Source: Eledone cirrhosa
Taxonomy: Eukaryota
Direction of reading: 5' to 3'
NCBI GenBank assembly: GCA_964016885.1
Contig: OZ024740.1
Location: forward strand, 402,194,001-402,258,000
Length of the DNA stretch: 64,000 bases
Under the pieces are notes generated by a model that was not told where the DNA came from, searched no databases, and saw only the letters and a program-made list of their open reading frames with translations. The translations under genes were made by a program, and so were the position numbers. Shown here in pieces: positions 27,803-43,624 of this stretch (positions within the stretch are counted from its first letter, which is position 1; each line of letters starts with the position of its first letter).

Positions 27803-28249
27803 AGAACATTTTTTTTTCAGTAAAAACACAAACGAAGAGCTATTGCATTATATCTGTTATCAAAGAAAGTAAACATTCAAGATGAAAAATATTCTTTTGT
27901 TTCACAGAATGGGCATTTCGATTAGATGTAACTTTTAAAAACATTAATAAAGGTTTTGTTTTTTCCTGGACAGCTTCCTAAACTGAAATTATCAAAAATT
28001 ATAGAAGATAATTATGCTACAATTATGTTTATGAGCGGTACATCAGTAAGTATTGTGCATGCTGGAGACAGGAATTTTCTGTAAACTTTTGTTATCTTAA
28101 GAAAAATAACCATGAATAGTATAAGAACATTATTTGATTAAATCCGAATACGAAAAATGAAACAGAATACAAAACCAGAAAAATATTTTAACCAATGTGA
28201 TTTGCATAGAAATATCCACATATTCATATATTTATTTTTAACCTGTTAT

Positions 28250-29430
28250 TCAAAAGACAAAATGTCAGTGTCCATCATCTTGCAAGACAAACTTGGCTGG
28301 TGGGATTACTGTAAATTTAAATTATATTGGTAGTCTCTGCAAAAAAAAAAAAAAAAAAAAAATGGCCCGCTTGAAGGTAATGGATTACAGAGCGGCGGAG
28401 AATAGACTTGACTATATGTTGTGTAGCATATTGGAGTTAAGTCTTTGTATTCATTAGAAATGGAAATGAAAAGAGTATTCTTAATATGATGTGAGGGATT
28501 TGGCATGCAAATGTCTAGTTGAGGGAAGCAGAAAGTGAGCTAGTTGTGATAGAAGTGTCAGAGACAGGAAAACGCATCTGTTTATGTAAGTTGGTAATCA
28601 GTCGTATAGTGTTCTTCTAGGTGTGTCCTAAAGATGTAAACAGTCATTCAATTCGGATCGTAAGGTTTATACATGCTCAACAACTAATCAGTACTGTGGT
28701 GTTGTCATGTCCTAAGAATGAGGTTTCCTCATTGTAATTTAGTTTTCTCAATTTCATTTGTGCAGTCACGAAGAGAAATCATCAGAAAATTCGTTTGAGT
28801 TGGCGCAAAATATTGTAAAATCTTGAGAGTTTTAGATGAGTATAATGTATAGAGAAGCATATACAGGACTGATACCATTATTTATGCATGGTTGTATTTG
28901 TGTGCTGTTGATAAAAACTATCTATATGAATAAGGGCATCAAAGTTTGTGTTCATAGAATCAGTGTATAACTGGCATGATGTAATTAGATTAGTTTCAGA
29001 TGATGCCTGCCATTATATGGAAGTTTAAGCAGGAGTGAGGAATCTAGAGCGGAGTGTGTGCTTTTTAAAGTGAGAGTAAATATGTACATAAAGAAGAGTG
29101 TAGGAAACCTAATCGAACTGTGAAGTTCATCAGAGGTGATAGACTTTAAATTAATGTGAGTTCTGCTTGCACAAACCACAAGGATGCTGTCTGATAGACA
29201 CCTCGAGATCCAAGGAAAGAGAGACACATGCAGGCCATATCCAGACATCTTATCTACAACGTTCTAAGGTCAAAGTCTTTGTCGATGCCAGTTGATGCTA
29301 GAGAGCACATACGAGAGATATGCATAGAACATATTAAATCTCCGGTAGATCTGATACTATGGAAGCCTCAGTAGAAGTAGTTGAATTCATCATACAACAT
29401 TTGGGTTCATAATGGTATGTCTGTACTCCA
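28250..29430 (-). mobile_element. Highly degraded CR1/L2-group LINE RT remnant
   Basis: SGYGLHVSLFPWISRCLSD..VV..ITSDELHSSIRFPTLFFMYI resembles the YG..WI..FL..SGVPQGS.L.P.LF region. Many stops. Confidence 0.45.
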
Positions 29431-31606
29431 AACATAGTTATTACTGTCATTTGAATGATGGTAAGGCTGTAGTTGCCATTGATTTTTTTATTGTTATGCT
29501 GTAATGCTGCTGTTATTTTATTCTTTATTTCTAGTCAGTGTTATTACTTCTGTTGTTGTGTTGAGGTTCCGTTCTTCTAGACCCTGTTGTTATCGTGGTT
29601 AATATTAGTTTCTATTTATTCAATCATTTATCTTTGTCACCATTGAACAACGAAATCAATCTCTGTTCTCTCTATTTTTTAGCATTAGACTTTAGTTACT
29701 CGGCATAGTTGTCGATATAAATTTGATATGATTGTCTCCTTTACTTTTTCTTAATCTCTTATTATCTCTTTATATCTTTCTCAATCATGGTCATTTTGTT
29801 TGTTTACCTTCAATCTTTCACCTTCTCAGTTTGATTTCTCCATTATTCACGCTCTATCCAACTCTCGCTCTCCTCATATATTATTTCCATACTGCCATTC
29901 AACTCTATTTTTTCGTCTCTCATTCATTCTTGAAGCTTATTTCCTACGTTGTTACTGTTTTATAGCCTGTCACCTTCTCCCCCTCTCTCCCTCTTCTCAT
30001 TCACTCTATTTCTCTTCTCTTTTCTTTTCAATGCTCTTTTAGCCTATATCCTTCTTTTAAACCGTCCATTTTGTTTTAATCTTTTCTCCAGTTCTATGAC
30101 ATTCCTCGCTTCCTATCACCTCTCTCTTTAATATCTATTTCACTCAAATCTTTTTCTCCCACTTCAGCCTCTCTCGATTCTTCACATTTCTTTGCTCCAT
30201 TTCATCTATTTAAAATCATCTTCCTTAAACTTAGTATTGCGTTGAGACTATTTTCTTATTGTTTTCTTATTCATCATTCTTGATCATGCCTCATTCCTAA
30301 ATATTCTCTTTCAATTTCTGGTATTCTTCACTCTGTAGTCACTCAGTTCTTCTTAATGATACTTTTTCGTATTCAATCCGCACTTTTTTCTTCAACCAAC
30401 CTTCATTTTCTTCTCCTCTCCACCTCCCTCTCTATCCTTCACACCAATTTCTTTATCAACACTCGCTTTCTCACAGAAGCTCGTCTCTGTTTCATCTACG
30501 TTATCATTCCGATGTACGTCTCACTATTTTAAGATATTTTTTCTCTTTCTCCCTTTCTCTGTCTCCATTCCTTACTACTCTCTCTTAAATTGATTATTTC
30601 TGTTAATATAACTCTTTTAAAATGTATGCACCCTATCTTTCTCTTTGCGATTTGACGTATGAACCTCTGTAAATCCCTTTTAGCGCTGCCACTCACTCTT
30701 TATCACTATGTCTCCCTATCTCCTTACTCACTCACACCACTTCTACTCCATTAGTATAGTTCATTCTATTATTTCCTACTACCCTTCCTTTCTCTCTATC
30801 TATATCTAGATACATGTGGAGGTCTCGATCTTTCACTCCGATATTTTCTTTATCATATTATGTTTTCAACTTGACACTTGACGGGAAATTTTTGACAAAA
30901 TATTTGCTCAAATATTCTGATTAAGAGGCCGTAGAAAAAAATCAAATTCATCTTGATACATATTTTATGATTTCCACGAATATTCACATCATCAGCAGCA
31001 ACAAAAGCAAGTAGAATCTACCACAACAATAATAACTACAATCAAGACAAGTGCCACAGTCACAATAACAACAATGATACTGATCATTGGTACCAAGAAT
31101 GATCAGAAAAGCCACATCTCATAAATACTACAACCAAGCGACCAAGAAAGCCAACTAAACCGCAAAAAAATATTCAGGTTATTATTATTACTGTTGTTGT
31201 TGTTGTTGGTATTATTACTATTTATTACTATTTATTATTATTATTGTTATTGTTATTATTATTATTATTATTAACAATAATCCTGCTTGTACATACATAT
31301 CTTCTCCATCAGATCTACACGCAATCTTTAAATCCGTTCGTTTTTCCCTATTCTTATCTAGTTTCTCACCAGTAAACACAAATAGTTACATGCTTATAGT
31401 GACAGAAATTGAGAGGAGCATAGAGATAGATAGGAGAAATATAGAGAGAAAGAGAAAGAGAGAAAAATAGAGCGACAGAGAGTTAGAAAAAGAAAGTGTG
31501 AGTTGGTAACTGGTGAGAAGCCAATTACAAAATAAGCTATACATAGAGAAATAGGAAATATGCACATACACACACATGTATAAATATATATATATTGGTA
31601 TATATA

Positions 31607-31713
<107 letters not shown>

Positions 31714-31835
31714 ATATATGCATATATACATATATATATATAAATATGTGTATATATATATATATGTGTGTGTGTGTATATATATGTATATATATATATA
31801 TATAAGTATATATAGATATATGTAAATATACATAC

Positions 31836-31878
<43 letters not shown>

Positions 31879-31880
31879 TA

Positions 31881-32295
31881 TTAGAAATTAGAAATTATAA
31901 GCTTTCACCGTATTTTAGACTAAAGAAATTTCTAGCCTGATAGTGGGGTTTATAACCCTCGGAGAAATGGAAAAAGATGAGTGTTGCCGTACATGGGAGT
32001 CGAACCCACATCTTTGGTTATCCAGACCACTGTGCTACCATTACACCAATACATGGGATGTGTATTGGTGTAATGGTAGCACAGTGGTCTGGATAACCAA
32101 AGATGTGGGTTCGACTCCCATGTACGGCAACACTCATCTTTTTCCATTTCTCCGAGGGTTATAAACCCCACTATCAGGCTAGAAATTTCTTTAGTCTAAA
32201 ATACGGTGAAAGCTTATAATTTCTAATTTCTAATTTCAAACTCGCGCACCGTTTCAAAAACATACTTACATGTTTACGTTTATAATTTGTTTGTT

Positions 32296-32296
<1 letters not shown>
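31881..32296. mobile_element. Perfect palindrome (173-bp arms) of a tRNA-headed element, with a 3' tail ending at (TA)n
   Basis: 31881-32053 is the exact reverse complement of 32061-32233, with a 7-nt loop. There is an unpaired tail at 32234-32296. Confidence 0.85.
32059..32129 (+). ncRNA. tRNA-like pol III head (pseudo-tRNA/SINE head); mirror copy at ~31985-32053 (-)
   Basis: A-box TGGTGTAATGG, D-stem GTG/CAC, anticodon arm TGGT-CTGGATA-ACCA, T-arm TGGG-TTCGACT-CCCA, 3' end ..GTACGGCA. The 5' acceptor strand is incomplete. Confidence 0.7.
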
Positions 32297-32326
<30 letters not shown>

Positions 32327-32659
32327 CTCTGTGTGTGTGTGTGTGTGTGTGTTTAGAAAAAGGAAAAGAATGACTTCAAAACAATTTAATTTTATATTAT
32401 AATTTTACAATTTGGTTTTGTCGATCTAGTAAGTTCTTTCTTAACTTCGATGGGTAGATTTTTTAAAGACTCCTAGTTAACTTTCCTGGAGAACTTTCTC
32501 ACATTTATCGTTGTCAAACTGATCTCAGTTTGTGTTGTGATGTGTAACTCTACATATAAGAGATGTGTGTGTGTCTGGGGGGGGGGGGGGGGGGGATTAA
32601 TGTGTGTGGGAGTGAATGGCTTTTGATGAGTGTTTAAAGGAATTAAAGTATATATACAC

Positions 32660-34040
32660 ACAAGAGCTCAAAGAAAATAGAGAATGGTCAAAGCACTCCA
32701 GAAACTTGAGACTGAAATCACCTTACTCCGTCTAAGGGTACCAAAATTTAAAGAAAATTTTAAAAAGTGCGACACCATCATTCAAGAAGAAATAAATAAA
32801 AGAAGCAGCAGCAATGTGCGTGAAACACTCTTTGACTTATGGAAGCCCGATACAGCCAGAGAGGATTTAAAATCAAAGAAAATCTTGGCGTCAAGAACAC
32901 AATGACTACAAGAATATGAAAAACATTATGGGAAATACCAAATAAATCCAAGAAAACAAGCTCATAAGAAACCCTCACATTCAGCAGAATTCAAAAACAC
33001 AAGAAATGAAGAATTCTCACGCAATAAACAAACATTAACTAGAGATCGGAAAATCCCAAACAGAATTATACACAGACCAAATACGAAACACCAGAACCAG
33101 GTACAACTACTATCAAAACCCCAAGAGCAATTACCGGAGGCAAAATCAAAGACATATGAAGACCGAACGGAACACCAGAAGAACCAGACCCCCATATATC
33201 AACCACCAAACAAGATTCAACCGTTCAGAAAATTTTCAACACGAAATGCTAGCGAACAGAATATTTCACCACAACCGAAACACCCATATCTGAAATGTAA
33301 ATTATCTTTTATGACAAGGTGCCTCCCACCAAACGAAGGAAAAAACGAAAAAAGCACCATCCTTCAGGTGGTACTTGACGAGAAAACCCAAAGGCACCAA
33401 AAATAATCAACATATCGGCCAACAGAAATGAAATTGCTTAAAAATGGATTGAAAAATGGATTGAAGTTCACACCCACTTCGAAAGCAGATAAAGCTGGTC
33501 TTATAAAAGACACAGAAGATTTTTGTCGAAAATTACGTCTATTAGAATTCTTCCAGGGTATAGAATACGAGGAGGAATCACTAGTGAAAAATAAAAAGGT
33601 CTTCAAACCCCCGTTAATGAGAGACAAACACCTGGAAGAACACATAATCTGCCCACGACGATCGGCACAGTGAAATATTGCAGTGACGAAACACAAATGC
33701 AACATTCCTACAGACCAACTGCTAACACTAAACAAGCTACAAAAAGACTCCTCAATAATCCTAAAAGAAGCTGTCAAAAATGGTGCTATCGTTAACATGG
33801 ACAAGAGCCACTACAAGGATATGGTCCTAGTGCAGTTGAATGACGAGGGTTTTTACAGGAAATAGAAAACGCTAAAGGAAATCAATTATTTAAGCAAATT
33901 CGAAATGAAAACCAGCAAATTTTATGGATTGCCGAAATTTAACAAATCCAGAGAAATCCAAAACAACATAAGAGGCAAAAATATATCATATGTCGAAGTA
34001 TCAAAACCGACAGAATTAAAATTACGTTCAATTGTTGCAT
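32660..34040 (+). mobile_element. 5' part of a PLE ORF (Neptune-like by inference), degraded and 3'-truncated
   Basis: LLKNGLKFTPT, DFCRKLRLLEFF, IILKEAVKNGAIVNMDK, KFYGLPKFNKS and LKLRSIVA are N-terminal and early-RT PLE motifs. Confidence 0.75.
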
Positions 34041-34369
34041 AGAGTTCAATAGGACAAAGAACTCTGTGTACTATTGACCTCTCAAGACCTATAATATAAT
34101 TAGAAATAAAAGTGCTAGAGCTCTATGCCTCTTCTCCTCCACCCTCACCTATGTCAACCACGGAGCAGGGCATAATGCGTTCACCTAACCCAGACTAGTA
34201 CCTTGCTATTACCCTCCGTAAAGGAAATTTATTTCGAAATATCAGATAAATAAATAAGGTAACACATAACATCTTATTTTCTTGTTCGCCCATTTCGCAT
34301 TGTTGTGGCTTTCAATCTTCATATTGTATACACCATACGCAATGCCTTATGCAAACTACAACAATTTCC

Positions 34370-36052
<1,683 letters not shown>

Positions 36053-36091
36053 TTCTATCTCAGTCGGCCGCCCTCGAGTGTTATATTTTGA

Positions 36092-36149
36092 ATACCTGAT
36101 GATGTCACCGGATTCATACTGAACCCGGTCATTGAAATGATCATAGTAT
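36092..36149 (+). ncRNA. Type I hammerhead ribozyme motif (canonical core)
   Basis: ATAC-CTGATGA-tgtc ACCGG a TTCA tac TGAA c CCGGT catt-GAAA-TGATCA-TA-GTAT, inside a ~300-bp island between (TA)n tracts. Confidence 0.8.
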
Positions 36150-36354
36150 AATAAACTTTTCAAGGATTCACACCAGTCCAACCTCTCCTATTATTTTATA
36201 ATAATTAACTCCGTACTCGCACCACCAATTACACAAACGAAGACGGGTGATTTGCATTACGGTGAGTGCTCTCCATAATATTACATCAAGATTGACCATA
36301 CGGAATGACCAGTTCTATCTAGTGTTGAACCAACAAACCTAAATAAATAAATAA

Positions 36355-36419
<65 letters not shown>

Positions 36420-37173
36420 ATTGGTAAGTAATATTTATTTCGTTTTTACCATCGTCATATCTTACTTTGCCACAATAAATATCGGTATCTAACATTCATC
36501 AGTAAAACAGTCAGCGGCAGTGGGACTAATAAAATAGAGAAAAAGGACAACCTATCAGATTTGTCAAAAGTATGATGCTTGAATAGCCGTTGATTACCGT
36601 TAGCCTTGACCTCTTTACCGTTACAAACACTAACAACAACAAATAAACACCAAGAACAGCATTCTAACTACTAGGATTACCGACAAGGACACACGTGCAG
36701 TAACAGAACGTACCAATATGATCATTAGTAAACCTTATTATTACAAAATACAGCATTCCATTCACATACATATATACAGGCATGCTCCATTCGGGATCTC
36801 CCTCCCCCAATTCTCTAATCTCATAGACACTCACACCCACACACATACACACAGACACATACACACATACACAAACACACATACAGCCACATTCAGTGTC
36901 TTCTTCAAACATCAGCAGCAGATGCAAAATTCAGCAAATTACAGTGTCATTAGTAAAATACACCGAAAGAGCAACTAAGATAACATGTACTAAACAAGAT
37001 ACAGAACATATCTAGCTACAGCAGAAATACAGATTTGTAGGAAAATAAAAAGACTAAAAGAAAATAATAAGAACGGGCATAAATATGTTTTAGAATTACA
37101 CCAATGCCACTAGCAGCAGTAATATCATAATCATTATCAACATTAATAGCATCAGCGACTAAAATATAATTTG

Positions 37174-37224
<51 letters not shown>

Positions 37225-37300
37225 TCATTATTACCAACATTAGTAGCATCAGAGACTACACTATAAACATGAATCTATCTATCTATCATATCTATCTATC

Positions 37301-37401
<101 letters not shown>

Positions 37402-37414
37402 CATACATATATAT

Positions 37415-38418
<1,004 letters not shown>

Positions 38419-38483
38419 GTATATACATATATATATATATATACATATATATATGTATATATATATGTATATATATATGTATG

Positions 38484-38544
<61 letters not shown>

Positions 38545-38559
38545 ATATATATACATATA

Positions 38560-38623
<64 letters not shown>

Positions 38624-38625
38624 CA

Positions 38626-38698
<73 letters not shown>

Positions 38699-39559
38699 CT
38701 TTTTCTAACAAAATGTTGCAAAACCAAAAGAAACAAATATAGGTCATTAACCCATCCGGAGACACTACAGCTGTTTGCGTTTCTTATTAAATTGCCCTCA
38801 AGCAATTAATATTCTTTATTTAAGGTTGCTGTCACTAAACCTTCAAACCGAACCCAATCTTTGGTGACAGATGACATCAACTGGCAGAATGTGATTTTAA
38901 CCCATCCCAATCCACTGATTATCTGTTGTTTTATTTTGTTCTCATTATTATTTTAAATTTCTTTTTAACAGTATTCATATTTTTTTGTAGCTTTTCACAT
39001 TTTATTTCAAATTTTCGGAATTTATTTTTCTTGTTGTTGGAGTCAGCAACTCAATTATTGCATTTTTATTTTGTCTTTTCCTTGTGTTTTCTTCTTTTTT
39101 TTCTTTAATTTTATAGGTATTTTTAATATTGGGCAACAGAATTTACTCAAATACAAAATAGCTGAAATAAATAATTTTAGTCGAATTTGTTGACTGTAAT
39201 ATGGATTTGAATTTCGAAAGTGACTTTCATATTTTAAGTTTTTTTTCATGTTTTCTTTATTGATCATGTTTATTTTAAACTTGATAATGTTCAGAATTAT
39301 GACGATTAAATGATCATGATTATGTCGTTGAAGGAAGAGGTGGTGATTTTCTAATGGCTGACAAAACGTTCATGTTTAACTCAAACGGTTCCTTTCAATG
39401 TTTGGTACTTGGAAGATAATCTGGCTCACAAAGTGAGTCAGCAAAGATCTCCAATCAGTGGTTCCCGTTCCAGTGAGGATCTATTTCGTGATCAACTCGT
39501 TCAAGTCGGAGTTCGTGAACGTCAATTACGACACGGAGGGATTCGTGATCTCCAACTGA

Positions 39560-40730
39560 GACATGCGATCATTACTCCATTCGGTGCAGGTGACCTCTAA
39601 AGAACACGTTCTTATCCTCGATTCACCCCTCCTCCCACCTGCCATTCGCTCCACTAAATCCTTCACCAGCTCGAAACTCTGATGAACTAACTGAATCTGA
39701 TCGATGAATATCTAGCCATCTTCCTGTTAAGGAACTGCTTCGCCATTCTGAAGCTTCTATAAACCTTCCACAGTGCCCTCTAGTACAGCCTCATATATAT
39801 GCTCTCAGACCTTGATGCCTTTATCCGACGGGCTACTGAGGGGATATGCAACGTCAGATGGCAGTAGGCATTCTAACCCGTCAGATACGGTGGCATCGAT
39901 CTCCAGTCCACAGTCTCACAGTCCTTGTCAGCATTTCTTTTGCAGTGTCCTCATCAACATGGTTCTCCACAACACAACAGAACCTACTGTGGTCGGGGAA
40001 CGCATGTTGGCATATGTGACATGGTATCAGCTCAGCCTCCTCCTTCTACCTCTCCGTTCCGTAGACATCCAGCTCCCACAAAACATATGGGACATTATAC
40101 AGTACAGTATGACTTCGGACAGGCTTGTGCGCCAATTTGAGCAGCACTGTCTAGCATGTTTTTACTCAGCTTCTTAACTACACAGCGGTGCCTAGCATTA
40201 CTCTCGACTGACACTCAGCTGGACAGCGACTGTTTGTGCATCGGTGTTTACCTGAGATACGGCCGCTGTGAACCCACTGTGGAGTCTTTAGGCCTCTAAT
40301 CACTGTCATTGTGTTATAGGATAGGCTGCTCCCCATGGCAGGCTGCTTTCAATGAGATCATAAAGCTTGCTTTGGACGCTGCAGGATTCCCTAACCAGCT
40401 CGAGCCAGTAAGCTGAAGTGAAGGGAAGGTAAGAGACCAGACGGCATGATAGTCTTATTATTCCGCGTTAGTAGATTTCTCATCTGAGATGCTACATGCT
40501 GCGACAGCTTCTCCAACTACAACCTGGTGCATCCGGTTACTTGTCTATGTTTCGCTGCTCGAAGTATCGGTCACTTTCCATTAGGTTTGTGATCGAGCAT
40601 GTGGCAATGGAGACTTCCGGTGTACTTGGCCTCCTGACGATATCCCTATAGACTGCTATCGGGTTGGAGTTGGGTATCCTAAGAGCTTGCTCCATCTTCT
40701 CCATTCTGTTCGATGGGTTCACGAGGCGAA
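39560..40730 (+). mobile_element. Degraded CRE-like RLE non-LTR retrotransposon
   Basis: AAFNEIIKLALDAAGFPNQLEP, GKRPDGM, *DATCCDSF and KYRSL..VAMETSGVLG across frameshifts (about 40260-40640). Confidence 0.65.
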
Positions 40731-41437
40731 CTAACCCTCAAACTGGGACATATTAAACATGTTTAAGGAACAAGAGCTTCCAGAAATAACATTCCAGAGA
40801 GAAAGAGAGAGAAAGAGAGAGAGAAGGGGAGATAGAGAGAGGGTGGTCGAATGTATGTAGCAGTAACACGAATTCTCTTACTTTCATTGCTCACCCCAAC
40901 GCCCAATCCTTGCCAGAATGTTACAATATTCGGTTTTGTGTAATCTGGCTATGCAACCGTTCGCTACGTTCAGCTTTTGTCTCCACTATAACTTTTACAT
41001 TTCAGTTCCTGAACTACAGTCCGAACGAGTTTATTTAATTATTTTCTTCTATTTGCTTACTTGGCTACTTTCTTGAACACTTATGTTCTATCGTGTTACA
41101 ATAATATTTTGGTTTCAGTTTGGGGCACTGTGATTCATACATAATCATTTTGCATCGTTTTCCTTGATATGGCTGTATTTCTCCTACTATTACAAATCAT
41201 AGCGCAATAGGGTAATAGAGTATATCTACAATGCACCTACATTTTAGTAATCACTAGTCGCCAGCCGATGATACAGGGTTGTTTCCGTTTATCTATTTGT
41301 TTCGATCTTCGATCTTCCCATACCTCTTCTTATCGTTTGTGCTGAACCAATGACGTTATACATACATGCATACATACATACGTACATACATACATACATA
41401 CATACATACATACATACATACATACATACATACATAC

Positions 41438-41823
41438 AAACGTGTTCTGTTGTGGAGATCAGCTGCCCACTTGATGTAAACGTTGTCAGAAAAATACAGG
41501 AGAAGGAGGACATCTACGGACCATTGATGAGGAGTTTACAAATCCAGTATCCAAGATACACCTTTAGCTTCATACCCATCATTATTGGAGCTACGGGTTA
41601 TATACCAACCCGCTTAGACCAAAATATGACTGAACTTGGATTTGCGGACAAAAAGCGCAGCTCCCTAATTCATAGTCTACAAATGGCTGCGATAGCTGGC
41701 ACCTTCAAAATTTGCAAAACATTCTTGCGATTCAAGGGATGACAATTTCTTTTCTTTCACAACCTTGCCACCAGGAAGGTGGCCGGTCAAAAAAATATAC
41801 TCGAAATTAAGAGAAAGAGATAG
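41438..41823 (+). mobile_element. 5'-truncated R4/Dong-type LINE (RLE C-terminus plus 3' UTR) inside (CATA)n
   Basis: TCSVVEISCPLD..EKEDIYGPL..FIPIIIGATG. Nearly identical to 42623-43008. Confidence 0.85.
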
Positions 41824-41887
41824 CATACATACATACATACATACATACATACATACATACATACATACATACATACATACATACATA

Positions 41888-42344
41888 GTGGCTGCCAACT
41901 CGTTTTCGAGTATGGCCACTACTTTATATCCATGTAGGAGAACCCCTACCGATGCGCTGAACGAGTGTGACTTTTTAGTCCAGCCAGCGACTTAAAAACT
42001 CTGTTACAAACACTACACTTGTGACAATTATTGACACATAGTGCTGGGCCCATGGTACCATGTGACGACAAGTGCAGAGAGATCTCCAGATATAAAGCAA
42101 TGCCTGTGCTGTGAAACTTTTATAGTGAGCAAAAGCACTGCACAAAGCCAGTCCCACTCTCTTAACCAAGATGATATTTACCAAAACGAAGAACAAGTCA
42201 ACATCATTGGATACCATCAGAGTTGCAGGTGTTATATCAGAGTTTCCTTCTCCTAGAATTCTGCCTTGACACAGGCTAAGGGGTCATCTCTCCCTTTGAT
42301 TTTGGATGGCCATTGACTCTTAAGAGCTCCTTGCGGCCAGCAGC
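41888..42344 (-). mobile_element. Non-autonomous RTE derivative (5' UTR fused to 3' end) with an (ATGT)n tail
   Basis: RTE 5'-UTR-like motif TCTAGGAGAAGGAAACTCTG. The 3' part encodes CSVCNRVFKSLAGLKSHTRSAH*, similar to the end of the RTE at 43625. A second copy lies at 53841-54140. Confidence 0.7.
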
Positions 42345-43008
42345 TGACAATAAATGTAGGCTATGTAAAACAAAGATCGAGGATGTAAGCCACATTGTTG
42401 CCAGCTTCGAAAGAATGTCATCTCGCTACTACCTCGCCATGAGACACGATGGGATAGCTAGAACCATCTGGAACGCACTTCGGAAAACAAAATTAACAAC
42501 AAACGAGGAAGAATATATTGAGACAGATGGCACTAAGGAATACTGGTGGAGCCTGAAAATAAAAACTGCCACCAAATTAAAGCACAACCGGCCTGATATT
42601 GTAGTTTGGGACCACACATTGAAAACGTGTTCTGTTGTGAAAATCATCTGCCCACTTGATGTAAACGTTGTCAGAAACATACAGGAGAAGGAGGACATCT
42701 ACGGACCATTGATGAGAAGTTTACAAATCCAGTTTCCAAGATACACCTTTAGCTTCATACCCATCATTATTGGTGCTACAGGTTATATACCAACCCGCTT
42801 GGACCAAAGTATGACTGAACTTGGATTTGCGGACAAAAAGCGCAGCTCCCTAATTCATAGTCTACAAATGGCTGCGTTAGCTGGCACCTTCAAAATTTGC
42901 AAAACATTCTTGCGATTCAAGGGATGACAATTTCTTTTCTTTTACAACCTTGCCACCAGGAAGGTGGCCGGTAAAAAAAATATACTCGAAATTAAGAGAA
43001 AGAGAAAA
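42345..43008 (+). mobile_element. 5'-truncated R4/Dong-type LINE (CCHC plus RLE)
   Basis: DNKCRLCKTKIEDVSHIVA, RHD, HNRPDIVVWD and KTCSVV motifs. Ends in (CATA)n. Confidence 0.88.
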
Positions 43009-43378
43009 CATACATACATGCATACATACATACATACATGCATGCATGCATGCATGCATACATACATACATACATACATACATACATACATACATACATA
43101 CATACATACATACATACATACATACATGATGGCTGCCCCCTCGTTATCGAGTATGGCCATTGCACGAGAAGAAAAAAAAAAATAAATAAATAAATAAAAA
43201 TAAAATGAAGTTTAAAAAAATAATGAAAAAATAATAATAATAATAATAAATGAATTTAAAAAAAAAAAAAAAAAGAAATATATATATATATATATATATT
43301 TATATACATACATACATATATACATACACACATACATACACATACACTCACACATATACACACACATACATTAATAAC

Positions 43379-43415
<37 letters not shown>

Positions 43416-43494
43416 GCAATAATAATAATAACGACAACAACAATAATAATATACATATTCATATATATATACACACACACACACGCACATAAGC

Positions 43495-43620
<126 letters not shown>

Positions 43621-43624
43621 TAGC

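Noticed and set aside
32059-32129. Functional tRNA gene (anticodon GGA)
   Set aside because: The acceptor stem is incomplete, the anticodon stem is only 4 bp, there is no long variable arm as expected for Ser, and it is embedded in a palindromic repeat.
31943-32171. Mirror-image 73-aa ORFs on both strands
   Set aside because: These are a trivial consequence of the palindrome.
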